From Eledone cirrhosa (lineage: Eukaryota), in the NCBI GenBank assembly GCA_964016885.1, contig OZ024743.1:344782001-344846000 (forward strand): a stretch of DNA of 64,000 nt, written 5' to 3'. Position 1 is the first letter of the stretch; each line of letters starts with the position of its first letter. Positions 1 to 14,565 of the stretch are shown here, piece after piece. Under the pieces are notes generated by a model. That model was not told the origin of the DNA, did not search any database, and saw nothing but the letters and a program-made list of their open reading frames with translations. The translations under genes and the position numbers were made by a program.

Positions 1-73
1 GGGTGAGAGAGGCTTGCGTACAGAATGAGGTTGTTGGTGTATGCAGATGGCGACATAACACATTTCTCATCCC

Positions 74-2038
<1,965 letters not shown>

Positions 2039-3199
2039 CAACAATCAGAGCAATATACAGTAAAGTATGTGCATAGAATACTCAGATACACACAAAGTAT
2101 GTCCATAGAATTAATTGGTCTTTTGTGTGGCTGATTATGCTGACTGGGAGAGGAAATGGTGTATATATTTTATCAAATGATTCTATGGACATACTTTATT
2201 GTATATTGATTGTTGATTATTTAATTAATTAATTCGTCATTGAGCCACATCGTGAATGGTTGCCAAAAACATATATCTATATCTATATCTATGACTTTGT
2301 CTAGTTTGTGTATATGTAAATCTTTATATTTGATAATCTCCCATATGGTTTAGGCAATATTAGGCTGCGCTTTCTAGCACCCAGCCCACTCGCCATAAGG
2401 CACCAATCACATTCTTTTTGACTTGACCACTGCTACGTCACAGTTCTTAGCCATTTTGAATTCGTTTCAGGCGGGGATGATTTAAGAAAAATCTTCGTCC
2501 AAGTGAGTTTGTTTCCTGATGATTTCGAAGCTTGTGAATTTATCCTTGATCGGATATTTCCAAAGGCGAATGAAACTCCATGGGGTTGAAACGTAACTTT
2601 CGTATGTTTATATACATCTTTTCTTCTAACTTTGATTTTATACCTAATTGTGTATGGTTGACGATATATTTAATTGATTTCCACGTGCTTTTAGAAATAC
2701 TGGATAAATATTCTACAGTTCTTGATCGCGAATAGATAGCTATGGTTTATTTATCTATTATTTCTTCATGGGTGTCTTTTAATCTTATAGCCTGGTTTAA
2801 TTGTTTTTTTGTGTGGTTGATTATGTTGATTGGGAGAGGAAATGGTGTATATATTTTATCAAATGATTCTATGGACATACTTTATTGTATGTATATATAT
2901 ATATATATTAAAGTTAAACATAAATAAACAACACTATCAGTACAGTATATGGAAGAAATATATTAGGTTAACGCTTGAAATAGCAGGAAGAGGGTCAACA
3001 GTTTTGAAACAGCGCGAGCGGTTTGAAATTTAGTAAGAATAGAAGCGATCGTCGTATTTTGGACTAAAGAAATTTTAGCCTGATAGTGGGGTTTAAAACC
3101 CTCTAAAAAATGGAAAAGGATGAGTATTGACATCAAGTGCTCACCTGGGTGAACCTACAGTAACTTCAGTTTACACTCCCTAGATATATATATATACAC

Positions 3200-3330
3200 G
3201 TTTTCCGGGTTGAATCTGAGGTAACCACAGTAAGTAAGGTACTCAATACATAGCAGTATAAAAGTTTTAATATAGATGAGATTCGACAGGACTAGAACTG
3301 TTTCATTCATTAGAAATCATCAGGAATCTG
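3200..3330 (-). mobile_element. Penelope-like element terminal (pLTR) fragment with minimal hammerhead ribozyme
   Basis: Minus strand reads gattc-CTGATGA-tttctaatgaat-GAAAC-agttcta-GTC-ctgtc-gaatc. Homologous to 23132-23325 (shared aaccacagtaagtaaggtactcaataca). Confidence 0.65.
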
Positions 3331-3345
3331 GCTTTCCAAAAATAA

Positions 3346-3382
<37 letters not shown>

Positions 3383-3387
<5 letters not shown>

Positions 3388-3538
3388 GTGGTTACACAAC
3401 AGTTAGTTCACCATACCGAGAACAATTGTTTCACCTTAGCGGATCCTCAGCTCGTGATGGCCATCCCGACCTGAAGATCGGCTAAGGTGAAACAATTGTT
3501 CCCGGTATGGTGAACTAACTGTTGTGTAACCACTTCTA
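3383..3538. mobile_element. Fold-back palindrome (PLE-like inverted ends) with a hammerhead motif on each strand
   Basis: Arms tagaagtggttacacaac... / ...gttgtgtaaccacttcta. Plus strand CTGAAGA-tcggctaaggt-GAAACaattgTTC (3471-3501); minus strand CTGAGGA-tccgctaaggt-GAAACaattgTTC. Confidence 0.7.
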
Positions 3539-4225
3539 CCTAACTCGTCCCATGGACTGAGTACTCCACCACTACGGATATTACCTTCCAGTGTTCTACC
3601 ACTATACATATATATATATATATAAATTTTCTTCTGATGAATAAAGACAGACATAAATATCTGTCTTCAAGAAACCACTGGTAAATGAAATAATTATCTT
3701 ATGTTGTTTATTACATATATATATATATATATATAGCATTGACAGCCCACATCTAATATATTACAGAGCCTGTCACGCATCGGCTACAGTTTCCTTTATT
3801 TACAGTTTGTCGGGTGTATTTTGATATTTTGTCCTATACTGCGCCCTTTCCTGTATAAATTCATTTATCAAGATCCCACTGCATTTCCTGATATACAAGA
3901 AGATCATTGTGACCTACACTATTCAAAAAAGAATTGGTGCTGCTGGTGGTAATTTTGTTAGTGTCATTTATGTTCACGTATCTTTTCTTGTGAACTCATA
4001 TATACCTGTCGTTATAATTGTGTGGTTAATTTTAATTTTTTTCCAGTTAGTCTTTCTTAATTTCCACATCTGTGTTTTTGATTTGAAAACGTTGGTATTT
4101 ATTGTTACTACATTCACGTGTAAACAAATTTTCGCAACTTCATCCTAGGAGATTTAGATATTCCAAATCCCTTTATTGGTAAAAAGAACCAAAATTCGTT
4201 TTTACAATTAAGTAATCCAAGAGAA

Positions 4226-4380
4226 AGGCGGCGAATTGGCAGAGTCATTAGAACGTTGGATAGAATGCTTTATGGTATTCGTTCCGGTTGACTGCTCTCT
4301 GAGTTCAAATCCCGCTGAGGTTAACTTTGTCTTTTATAATTTCCAGATCGATAAAAAACTCCAGTCTAGTACTGAGGTCA
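4226..4380 (+). mobile_element. tRNA-derived SINE, older subfamily
   Basis: A-box-like ttggcagagtcattag, B-box gagttcaaatccc, and a degenerate gatcgataaaa...ccag body. Confidence 0.65.
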
Positions 4381-4671
4381 ATTCTTCCTCTATATATCTT
4401 TCTCATTTCCCCTCTCTCGCTTTCTATCTTTCTCTGGAAGAAATCTGCTGTACTTAGGTCTGGAGAGTAGATGGGCTCCGCCAGGCTTTAAATGCCCAAG
4501 AAACGCTGTATGTCAGTACGGCGTCCCTACGATTCTATCAGGAATTACGGGACCATACATACAATCCTAGGGAAAACTGGCTTCAAAGCGGTGGTCACTG
4601 AAATGTGGACGTTCAGAGCATGTAAGATAAACAAAAAGAAAATTCTACAATAAAAATATCAGCAATAAAAA

Positions 4672-4850
4672 TAATTGTTTCTACTTTAGGCACAAGGCCA
4701 GCAAATACCCAGTGCATTACTGGTACTTTATTTTATCGACCCCGTAAGGATGAAAGGCAAAGTTAACCTCGGCGGGATTTGAACTCAGATCGTAAAGGGA
4801 CGTAACTATGCTGGAAAGCATGGCGTCCGACTCTCTACCGATACTACCAA
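4672..4850 (-). mobile_element. tRNA-derived SINE (main family)
   Basis: Reverse complement of the consensus ttggcagtatcggtagag...gagttcaaatcccgccgaggttaactttgcctttcatccttacggggtcgataaaataaagtaccag...gtagaaacaatt. Confidence 0.9.
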
Positions 4851-4920
4851 ATAAAAATAATACTAATAGAAATGATAATAATGAGAGTAACAACATCAGC
4901 AACAAATACAACGACAAAAT

Positions 4921-5220
4921 TGAAGCGGGCCATCTTCACAATATTCACCCACCTTTTAAAAAATGTACTGGGGGAAGCACTTCCCTCTCTACCATCACCT
5001 TCCTTTCTAAGCGTAACTTGCAAAAGTTGATGAAGGCTTCGCCAAAGAGGAAGGTTTCTCTCGTCAGTCCTTTCAACCGTGTCCACCGCACAACCTCTTT
5101 TGCTATAACCACCAGGCAGAGGTAATTTGCCTGCCCTTCCCAGCCAAAAGAGGGCGGCGGGGTAATCTTCACGATGGACTGGATCGTTAACCGGATCCGT
5201 TCAACACGCGACAATAGCTG
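4921..5220 (-). pseudogene. L1/Tx1 ORF2 C-terminal fragment
   Basis: Translation SRVERIRLT..SIVKITPPP...AKEVVRWTRLKGL...MVEREVL aligns with the C-terminus of the ORF2 at 26087-29524. Confidence 0.85.
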
Positions 5221-5496
5221 GACAGCCAGCTCTTCCGTTTAACGGACGCAGAATATTTGTCCACCATCTTAATTCCCACAAAAATATAGAGGATTGTGTT
5301 TGAAAAGCAGACAAAAGTTTAGCCTCTGAGAGCTACATGTAGAGCTAAACTAACCAGCTCACGGAGTTACTTGTGAGTTTAATTGCAAAAGAGTACCAAA
5401 AGTTCAATGCGACTGGCTGAATAACATTGTGAACATTTAACAAACTTACGGATCAATTTATGCCGTGATGTCGAGACACGAAGCAATAATAATAAT

Positions 5497-5674
5497 AATT
5501 GTTTCTACATTTGGCACAAGGCCAGCAATTAACCAGTACATTACTGGTATTTTATTTTATCGACACCGTAAGTATGAAAGGCAACGTTAACCTCGGCAGG
5601 ATTTGAACTCAGATCGTAAGGGGACGTAAATATATCTGGAAAGCATGTCCGACTCTCTACCGATACTGCCAATT
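5497..5674 (-). mobile_element. tRNA-derived SINE (main family)
   Basis: Matches the family consensus; tail fused to (AAT)n at 5485-5499. Confidence 0.88.
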
Positions 5675-5744
5675 CAATACTTTTGCTCAACAACTGTCTG
5701 ATGTTATCTGCCGCCTAGAGATCTTCAAGGTGACATAGAGTTTC

Positions 5745-5880
5745 GGCCCTTGCCATTCTGAGTTCAAATCCGCCGAGGTTAACTTTGCCTTTCATCCTTA
5801 CGGGGTCGATAAAATAAAGCACCAGTAATGCACTGGGGTAATTGCTGGCCTTGTGCCTAAAGTAGAAACAATTATTATTA
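5745..5880 (+). mobile_element. tRNA-derived SINE, 5'-truncated, (ATT)n tail
   Basis: cggcccttgccattctgagttcaaatcc...gtagaaacaattattatta. Confidence 0.88.
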
Positions 5881-7023
5881 TTATTATTGTTATTGTTATT
5901 CCTTGAATCTCAGTCATTGATGTTGGTTAACTGGAAAGTCCGTTGGATTGAATCAAGCCACTACCTGCAGCCTCAGATATTCAGGACGTATCGGAGGGTT
6001 CTTGCTGTTCCAAGCAAGCATGCCTTTTGAAGCGTTCCAAAAAGCGTGAAGGGGCCGATTTTCTTTAACCATCCCTGGAAACCTTTGGAGATAGTCTCCA
6101 GTGCGCCTATGACAATCGGGATCACTTTGACTTCATGGCAGTTCCAAATCCTTTTCACCTCCCACTTTAGGTCCTGGTATCGGTTAATTTTCTCCCTCTC
6201 CTTCTCTTGCACTCTCGTGTCGAACGGGCAGGCCACATCCACAATCAGGCACGATCTTTTTTCTTTGTCCACAACCACCAGGTCAGGTCTATTGTGTTCC
6301 AGTTTTTTGTCCGTCTGTATCCTAAAATCCCACAGCACCTTCACCTGACTGTTCTCCATCACCGCCTCTGGCCTATGCTCATACCATTTCTCAGAATGTG
6401 GTAGATTGTTTACTTTGCACAGGTGCCAGTGGATCACCCTGCCCATCACATCGTGTCTCCAGCCCTTATAGTGGGTCTGGGCTAGGTGTTTACACTCGGA
6501 CATAATGTGAGCCACAGTCTCCTCTCTCTCTCCACAGATCCTGCACAGTGGGCTAGCCTCCTCCTTGTAGATATGGTGCTTCAACCACTTCGTTTTGAGG
6601 GCCTGCTCCTGCGCAGCCATTAGCATTCCTTCTGTAGCCTTTTTGAGGTCTCCTCTTCTCAACCAGTTCCATGTCTGTGGATCTCTAAATTCAGTTTTCT
6701 CAAAGAAGGTACTATGAAGGGATTTTCCCTTAAGGCTGCTCTTCCTCCTTGATGTTATTTCCTCCTTGGATATCCCCTGGCCTACTGTCCCCTCCTTCAG
6801 TACAGCTCTGAGCATTGGCTCCTTACTATAGGTCACGTATTTGTATAGGTTGTTTTTCTCCATCTGAACACAGTCCTCTATGCTGATAAGACCTCTTCCA
6901 CCCTCAGATCTCCTTAGGTAGAGTCTATCGACATCACTCCTCTTGTGGAACATGTTGTAGATAGTCAATAGCTTCCTAGTCTTCCTATCCATTTCTTTTT
7001 GTTCAGCAACATTCCATCTCAGA

Positions 7024-7025
<2 letters not shown>
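5880..7025 (-). mobile_element. R4/Dong-like non-LTR retrotransposon, 5'-truncated, with (AAT)n tail
   Basis: ORF to stop at 5973 carries the RT thumb region, CRIC..ETVAHI.SEC zinc knuckle, RHD, and RPD..DVACP..EK restriction-like endonuclease motifs. Short 3'UTR then aataacaataat tail; (AAT)n also lies upstream. Confidence 0.88.
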
Positions 7026-7080
<55 letters not shown>

Positions 7081-7094
7081 GCTTCGTGTCTCGA

Positions 7095-8435
7095 GTATGA
7101 AGTCCTGGGAAACAGAGTTAACATCAGGTGGAGAATCCTTGCGAGGCGTGAAGATCAAGAGAGGTATCTTCCAGGGAGATAGTTTGTCCCCTCTGCTGAT
7201 TGTCCTTGCCCTGATACTCCTGTCCGTTATATTGCGAAAAGTGAGAGAGGATACAAGTTGGGAAGAGGAGAGGTTACCACCAACCACCTCCTCTTCATGG
7301 ACGATCTTAAACTCTTTGGGAAGAGTGAGAAGGAGTTGGATGTACTTGTTGACACTGTCCGTATTTTCAGCAATGATATATGTATGGAATTTGTTATTAA
7401 AAAATGTGGAGTACTAGTGATGAAGAGTGGTAAATTGAGCAGAAGCAACGGAATCCAGGTACCAACAGGTGAGATGATAAAGGAAATTGACACTGACGAG
7501 GGATACAAATATTTAGGTGTTCTGGGTGCAGATGACATCAAGAACAAAAAAATGAAAGAAATGATAAGATCTGAGTACATAAGGAGAGTAAGGAACGTAT
7601 TAAAATCACATCTAAATAGTAGGAATGTCATACGTGCAGTGAATTCCCGAGCTGTGTCTATTATTAGGTACAGTGCGGGAATTCTGAAATGGAATGTTGC
7701 TGAACAAAAAGAAATGGATAGGAAGACAAGGAAGCTATTGACTATGTACAACATGTTCCACAAGAGGAGTGATGTCGATAGACTCTACTTAAGGAGATCT
7801 GAATGTGGAAGGGGACGTATCAGCATAGAGGACTGAGTTCAGATGGAACAAAAACAACCTACACAAATATGTGACTGACAGTAGGGAGCCAATGCTCAAA
7901 ATTGTACTGAAGGAGAAGACAATAGACCAGGGGGTGTCCAAGGAGGAAATAACAACAAGGAGGAAGAGAAACCTTCATGAAAAATCCCTTCATAGCACCT
8001 TCTTTGAGAAAACGGAATTTAGAGATCCACAGAAATGGAACTGGTTAAAAAGAGGAGACCTTAAAACAGCTACAGAAGGAAGGCTAATGGCTGCGCAAGA
8101 GCAAACCCTCAGAACGAAGTGGGTGAAACACCATATTGACAAGGAGGAGGCTAGCTCACTGTGTAGGATCTGTGGAAAGAGAGAGGAGACTGTGGCTCAC
8201 ATTGTATCCGAGTGTAAACACCTAGCCCAGACTCACTATAAAGGCTGCAGACATGATGTGATAGGCAGGGTGATCCACTGGCATCTATGCAAAGTAAACA
8301 ATTTACCACATTCTGAGAAGTGGTATGAGCATAAGCCAGAGTCGGTGATAGAAAACGATCAAGTGAAGATGCTATGGGATTTTAGGATACAGACAGACAA
8401 GGAATTAGAACACAATAGGCCTGAGCTGGTGGTTT
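7095..8435 (+). pseudogene. R4/Dong-like non-LTR retrotransposon RT-REL fragment, frameshifted and truncated at both ends
   Basis: RGIFQGDSLSPLL, HLLFMDDLKLF, YKYLG, CRIC...HIVSEC, RHD, then breaks at RPELVV. Spread across ORFs 7079-7417, 7258-7836 and 7871-8476. Confidence 0.88.
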
Positions 8436-11400
8436 TGCACGTCGGTTGCGATGCCTGTCCTAAACGCCTCTTCTAGCTTTCTAACTAACTACCTCTCTAC
8501 TCTATTTTCCTCTATCACTATTCCTTTGCTAAACCCTATCGATTCTACTTTAATAGCCCTTTTCAGGGTAACCACCACCTGTTGTTGACGATCGCACCCA
8601 TCAACGGACGCTTAACTAATTCGATAATCCGGTCTCTGTAAGCTTTGCGGGCCGGGAACGACGCGTTGAGCTTCCAGTAGCCGGGCCCTTGCCTATGGGG
8701 TCTATCTAAGTCAACTTCACAGATCACAAATTTGTGGTCCGTGTAGACGACTACTTTATATTGTGGACAACCTACACTAGCCTTATATGTTTCCTTACAG
8801 AATACCCTATCTAAATACGATATGGATGCGGTTTGCCCATGTCCACATCGGCACATTCAGATAATCCAGTCTATACCTGTCAGACAGTTCAAAACGGCTG
8901 AGCAGGTTGTTGAGACTTTTACACCCTCCTGCCATGTATACTAGCCTCACATAATCCCAGCGTGCATCTAAGATACCGTTCCAGTCGCCCACTAACACTG
9001 AAGAGCGGGACGATCCAAGAAAGGTCTCTATACGTCTGAAGAAATCTGGCCGACCTGCCCCTGGTGGGGCGTAGACGGCTACTAGCCTGAAAGCATTGCC
9101 TTCGCTGCCGGTCACGTCCAGCACCACCGACTTACCTTCTGGGTCCAGGAAGATGGCTTGTATGGCGAGATCCAAGCCTCTCCGAAGAAGCACAGCAACT
9201 CCTCTCCCCGATCCTGGACGGCTGGGAGATGCGTATACATCGTAGCCGCCGAAGATCGGTGCGAAGGCTCGTGCTTCGGAGATTCTGGTCTCGCTGCTGG
9301 CCACCACATCTATATTTAGTGACCTGAGGTAATTGAGCAGGTGGCCCTGCTTCCATGACAACCCCAGGCCACGCGCATTTATGCTGCCTATTCTGAGTAA
9401 GATCATGTTGAAAAGGAGTGGAAAAAGATGGGAAAGACCACTTACCTCACTTCTTGTGGATGAAGGATGGTTTTTCCGTCCTTCTCACTGTTTGTGGCCC
9501 CCCCCCCCCGGAAGGATGTCTTTATAAATCCTCCTGGAGAGTGTTTGTCGGATGTCTCCGATGTCCTTGGGGAATTTTAATTTTAGTATCGTGTACGCTT
9601 TCTGTGTGATGCGAATGATTTGTATGTGTGGGGTTGGTGTGAATTTTTGGGCTGTTGTATAGTCTCTTTCTATGATGCTGGTGTTGTGTTGGATGTAGTG
9701 TAACAATTGGTTGTTTTTCAAATTTAATGCTGCGTAGTGTGTGTGTATCGTTTTGGTTGCTTTGTTTTGTTTGCGTTTGTTGTGGGTTTGTTTCTGTTTC
9801 GCTTGTTGGTGATTTTTGTGGTGTTGGGATTAATGATGGTGATGGTGTTGGTGTTTGTGGTGATGGGGCTGGTGATGCTTGTGTGGATGGTGACATAGCT
9901 CTCTTAACGTTTTTGTTACTTTGTTTGTTTCGCCCTGCCTTTTGTTTTTGGAGGGCGAAGGTAGCGGATTTTTTCTTTTTTGGTATCTTTTTTTAACTTT
10001 TTTCCAGATACAGTTTCCCACTCCTCGTCGTCGTCACAATCTGTCTCCAATTGCGATAGGTCGGGGAGTGGAAAATCCTCCACAGGCGTTGGTTTTGGTT
10101 GTGGCGTGGCGGATGGTGGAGGCGCTGGTGCTAATTCTGGCGCTGTGCGTGATGGTGTTGTTGGTGTTGCTACTATTGCTGTTACAGTTGCTGGGGTTGT
10201 TGCTGATACAGTTGCTTCTGTTGCTGCTGATACAGTTGTTGCTGCTATTTCTGCTGCTGGTTTTGATGGTTGAGTCACTGGGGTGGGTAGTAGAGGTCGC
10301 CTCAACTTCTTAGCCTGAGGGCAGAAAGCTTTTAGGTGGGTTCCTTCGCCACAAACGACACACCTAGGCCCTCTACCCTCAACGATTACGGTGAGGTTGC
10401 TGCCGTCATTGAGGTCTATCACCTCTGGAATTTCCTGTATGCTTTTTGGTCCGCTTGGATCAGGAGCTTCATCCCAGATTCGGACCAGTTCTCCTGCTTT
10501 ACTTTTATCACCTCAATTACTTTAGTGACGGCTTCGATGTCGGCGAGGATGGCAGCCATTAGCCAGGGAATTTTAATGGCCGGCGAGGGTGAGGGTGAGG
10601 CTGACCCTGTCACCATGTTTTTTTACCATTCGCTTAGCTTCATTCAAGTCTTCCTGGCTTACCTCAACAGTTTCATTTTTGTTTGCCGCTTTAGCAAATG
10701 ACACATTTGGTTTTGCGATGGTGTTGATATTGTTGTTGTTATTTTTATTGTTGCTGTTGTTATTGCTATTTTTGTTATTATTATTTTTAGCTTCAGTTAT
10801 GGTGGTGGTGGTGGGGGTGGTGGTGTCAGTGGCGTTCGGCGTGGAAGAGTCGATTTTTGGAGAATCCATTTCGATATACCGAGAAAATAATTTATTTTTC
10901 GTTTCAGTTGTTGCTGTGGTGGTGGTGGTGGTGTTGGTTGTTCTTTTTGACATTGTGGTGGTGGGGATGGCGGGTTTAACACCTGTAGACATTGGTAATG
11001 GTGGGAAACCCATGTCTGTATGTGACAAATCTAAATAATTGCCATTGCTATTACATATATTTTCAGTGTTGGTATTTTTTTCTGTTGTCTGTATTTTGGT
11101 TGTCGCTGTTATTGTTGTAGTTGGTGTGGTAATTCTTTTTAAATTAATGTTCTCAGTGTTGTCTCTGTTTACGTTGTTTGTGGTGGTGTTTGTTTTATGA
11201 ATTTCTGTAACCCTCCTCACAACTTTAACGCCGTTGTCACACGACAGCAGACATATTGCTGGGGGGCCGTGGCTCAGCCATGTTTTGTTTTTAACATTTT
11301 TTAAAGTAAAATGTTCAAATAGTAATCAAATATTTGGGCCAAAAGGCCCAAATATTATACTTTCCCCTTGACAGGCCAAAGTCCAAGGGCTTATATGACT

Positions 11401-11490
11401 TACACAACAAGAAAAATTAAACAACAAATAATTATAACAGGTAAATAAAGCGACTTACTAGGAGCGAGCAAAAAGACGTCCTAACAGACC
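8436..11490 (-). mobile_element. Divergent L1/Tx1-clade LINE (5'UTR, ORF1, endonuclease part of ORF2), decayed and 3'-truncated
   Basis: ORF2 start 9406 (INARGLG, ASSET, AVYAP, GDWNGILD, YLDR, TDH, GPGYWKLN). Frameshifted ORF1 ~11281-9442 with knuckle CVVCGEGTHLKAFC. 5' end abuts an (ATT)n tract at 11491-11513. Confidence 0.9.
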
Positions 11491-11837
11491 AATAATTATA
11501 ATAATAATAATAATGTACAGAATAAAAAAAGTATAAGAAGAATGAGAAGATCACTGTGATTTATATTTGCTCAAATTTTCTTCGTAGTGAGTCAAGACGA
11601 ATTGTAAAACTGTCTTCTCAAATTTCGTAGTTTGATATACATTTTTGCTTCTATATATACCTGCTTATATATATATACCTGCTTATATATATATACTTAC
11701 GTATATACATACAGGCGTACATACATAGATATACACATATATGCATACACACACACACATATATATATATTTTTATTTATTTATATATATTTATTTGGGG
11801 AAGTTGTGTGTATAATGTATATACGCAATTATATATG

Positions 11838-11955
<118 letters not shown>

Positions 11956-12131
11956 GCAAACATCACGGGCGCTCTATCTCAAAATTATTTTTGAAAAGCA
12001 TTAGAAATGCGCAACCGGTAAAACTTAAAACCAAAACTGAATACTAACCAATACTATTACTAATTTTTACTTATTCCTAATTAAACTATTTTTCACTGGG
12101 AACAATTTGTCAGCATTTTCTTTTCCTTTTA

Positions 12132-12167
<36 letters not shown>

Positions 12168-13079
12168 AATATATAAATATATATATAAATATACATACAT
12201 ATATGATATATATACAGAGTTAGATATATAAATATATATGTTCAACAATGATTTCTACTACAGGCACAAGGCCAGGAAGAGGCAAGTCGATTAAATCGAC
12301 CCCAGTACGTTACTGGTGCTTTATTTTATATATGTTCAATAATGAAAACAAAAGGCAAGGTTTAATGCTTAATCAGTTCTTGGATTTATTTATATAGAAT
12401 ATAGTCGTATTGCAATGAGGATGCAACCTGTCTTGATTTCAGATATGATATGTTTTAAAAGTACGTATCATGTAATTTGACAATTATTTAACCATCATCT
12501 TTAGAAGATGGAGCGGTTGTTTAGAATTTCTCTTTTTCGGATTCTTTAGAATTCTTTAAATCGAGAAAGAACATAAGAAAATTGAGTCCGTATACTTAAA
12601 TGGTAGACTTAATCCATCCGATGGTTGTACAACTTGCTATTCGTTCCTTGGCTGCCTTTAGCGGAACACATTCTGGTATAAGAATTCGGAAGAGGTCCCG
12701 GGTTTGAGAAAACTTCCTACCTTCACTTTCTACCTTCCTTCATTCTTTTCATTCCCTCACTCATTCTCACTCCCAACAGCATTGAAGGACCAACACTTCC
12801 CACCCTAACTAAACAGTAAAAGATAAAGAATATAATATATAAATACACACAAACACAAATATACCTTCCAATTATGCACTAGAGACTATACACATGCCTA
12901 TTTAAATAGATTATCGTACCGGGAGACGAAGTTTAATTTGGTGGAATCCAATACACAGTATTGCCTCATCATTGCCACAACCCATTGGCTGCAATAAATA
13001 ATGAGTTCTTTGTATTCTAGGCAAAATATCAGTAATTTTTGAGGAAGGGTAAAGTTTCTTAATTTGATCTCAGCTGAAG

Positions 13080-13280
13080 GACGGTGAATTGGCAGTATCG
13101 TTAAGACGTCGAACACCATGCTTCGTGGCATAGAATTACGGCCCTTTACGTTCAAATCCCAGCAAGGTTAGCATTACTTTTCATCCTGACGGGGTCGATA
13201 AAATAAGGCACCAGAAGTGCACTGAAGTCGATTTAATCGAAATTCCTTTTTCCTAAATTGTTGGCCTTGTGCCAAAATCA
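13080..13280 (+). mobile_element. tRNA-derived SINE (long-tail variant)
   Basis: Family head and body, then gtcgatttaatcga...ttggccttgtgccaaaa. Confidence 0.8.
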
Positions 13281-13759
13281 GTTGATCCCAGTACATGACT
13301 CCTTCTTTATTAACCTTGAATGTATGAATGGCAAAATTGGCCTCGATGGAATTTGAATCTAGAATTTAAAGAGTGGGAATAAATACGACAAAGCATTTTG
13401 TCCGATGTTCTAACCATTCTAGAAATCTTAAATAATCGTTTCTAATTTAGACACAAGGCCAGCAGTTATATAGGTCCTAGTACTAGACATATACTTTATT
13501 TTATTCAAAAGCAAAAAAAAAAAAAAACCTTATTTAGTAAAAAAAAAAAGAGAAAACAAAAGAAAAGAGAGAATAGGGAAATATAGAACAAAAAAGAGAG
13601 AAGAAAAAGAACGGGAAAGGGAGTCCCCCGGACGATGGCCAGTGACACCCGAAGGTTAGAGTTGACTTCAGTGGTATTTGAACTCAGAAAGTAAATAGCC
13701 GGAACAAATACTGTTAAGCATTTCTCGGATGCTTTAACAACTCTGCCAATCTACTGCCC

Positions 13760-13965
13760 TTGTCACAAGGCCACCAATTTTGGGGGAGGGGAAAGTCGAT
13801 TAAATCAACACCAGTGCATGACTGGTACTTTATTTTGTCGATCCCCTAAGGATGAAAGGCAAAGTTAACCTCGGCGAGAATTTGAAATCAGATCATAAAG
13901 GGCCATAACCCTATGCTGCAAAGCATTGCGTCCGACCCTCTACCGATACTGCCAATCCACCGTCC
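13760..13965 (-). mobile_element. tRNA-derived SINE
   Basis: Matches the family consensus; older SINE fragments adjoin at ~13280-13420 and ~13660-13760. Confidence 0.85.
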
Positions 13966-14382
13966 TCAGCTAAATAACAAAAGAGAGATTGTTACATTAA
14001 TACGTGGTTTGAGTTTAATGATGTGTGTATAGTGTTTCTATACTGACGACGGTTTAATAAATGTTTAGACATACTAATTTACAAATAACCAAGATATGAA
14101 TGCTTTATGTGCGTGTTTGTATGTTGATTGTTCTGTAGTGATTGTTCTGTAGCTAAACATTTGTTTGTTGTTGTTGGTGTTCTTGTTGTTGTTTAGCCAT
14201 AGGTCAACGCTGATCAAGCAGATATATGATCAAACGTACTCCTATCATCGATGAATATTTCGAGTTGGCGGAGTTGTTAGGGCGTCGGATAGAATGTTTT
14301 TTAGGAATATGTTCCGACTGTCTGCTTCTGTGTTGAAATCCTACGGAGGTCAAATTGCCTTGATCATTTAAGTACCTCTCAA

Positions 14383-14565
14383 ATAATTGTTTCTACTTTT
14401 GGCACAAGGCCAGCAATTATCCAAGTGAATTACTGGTACTTTATTTTATCGATCTCGTAAGGATGAAAGGCAAAGTTAACCTCGACGGGATTTGGATTCA
14501 GAATGGCAAGGGCCGTAACTCCATGCGTCAAAGCATGGCGTCCGACCCTCTACCGATACTGCCAA
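14383..14565 (-). mobile_element. tRNA-derived SINE
   Basis: Matches the family consensus. Confidence 0.88.
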
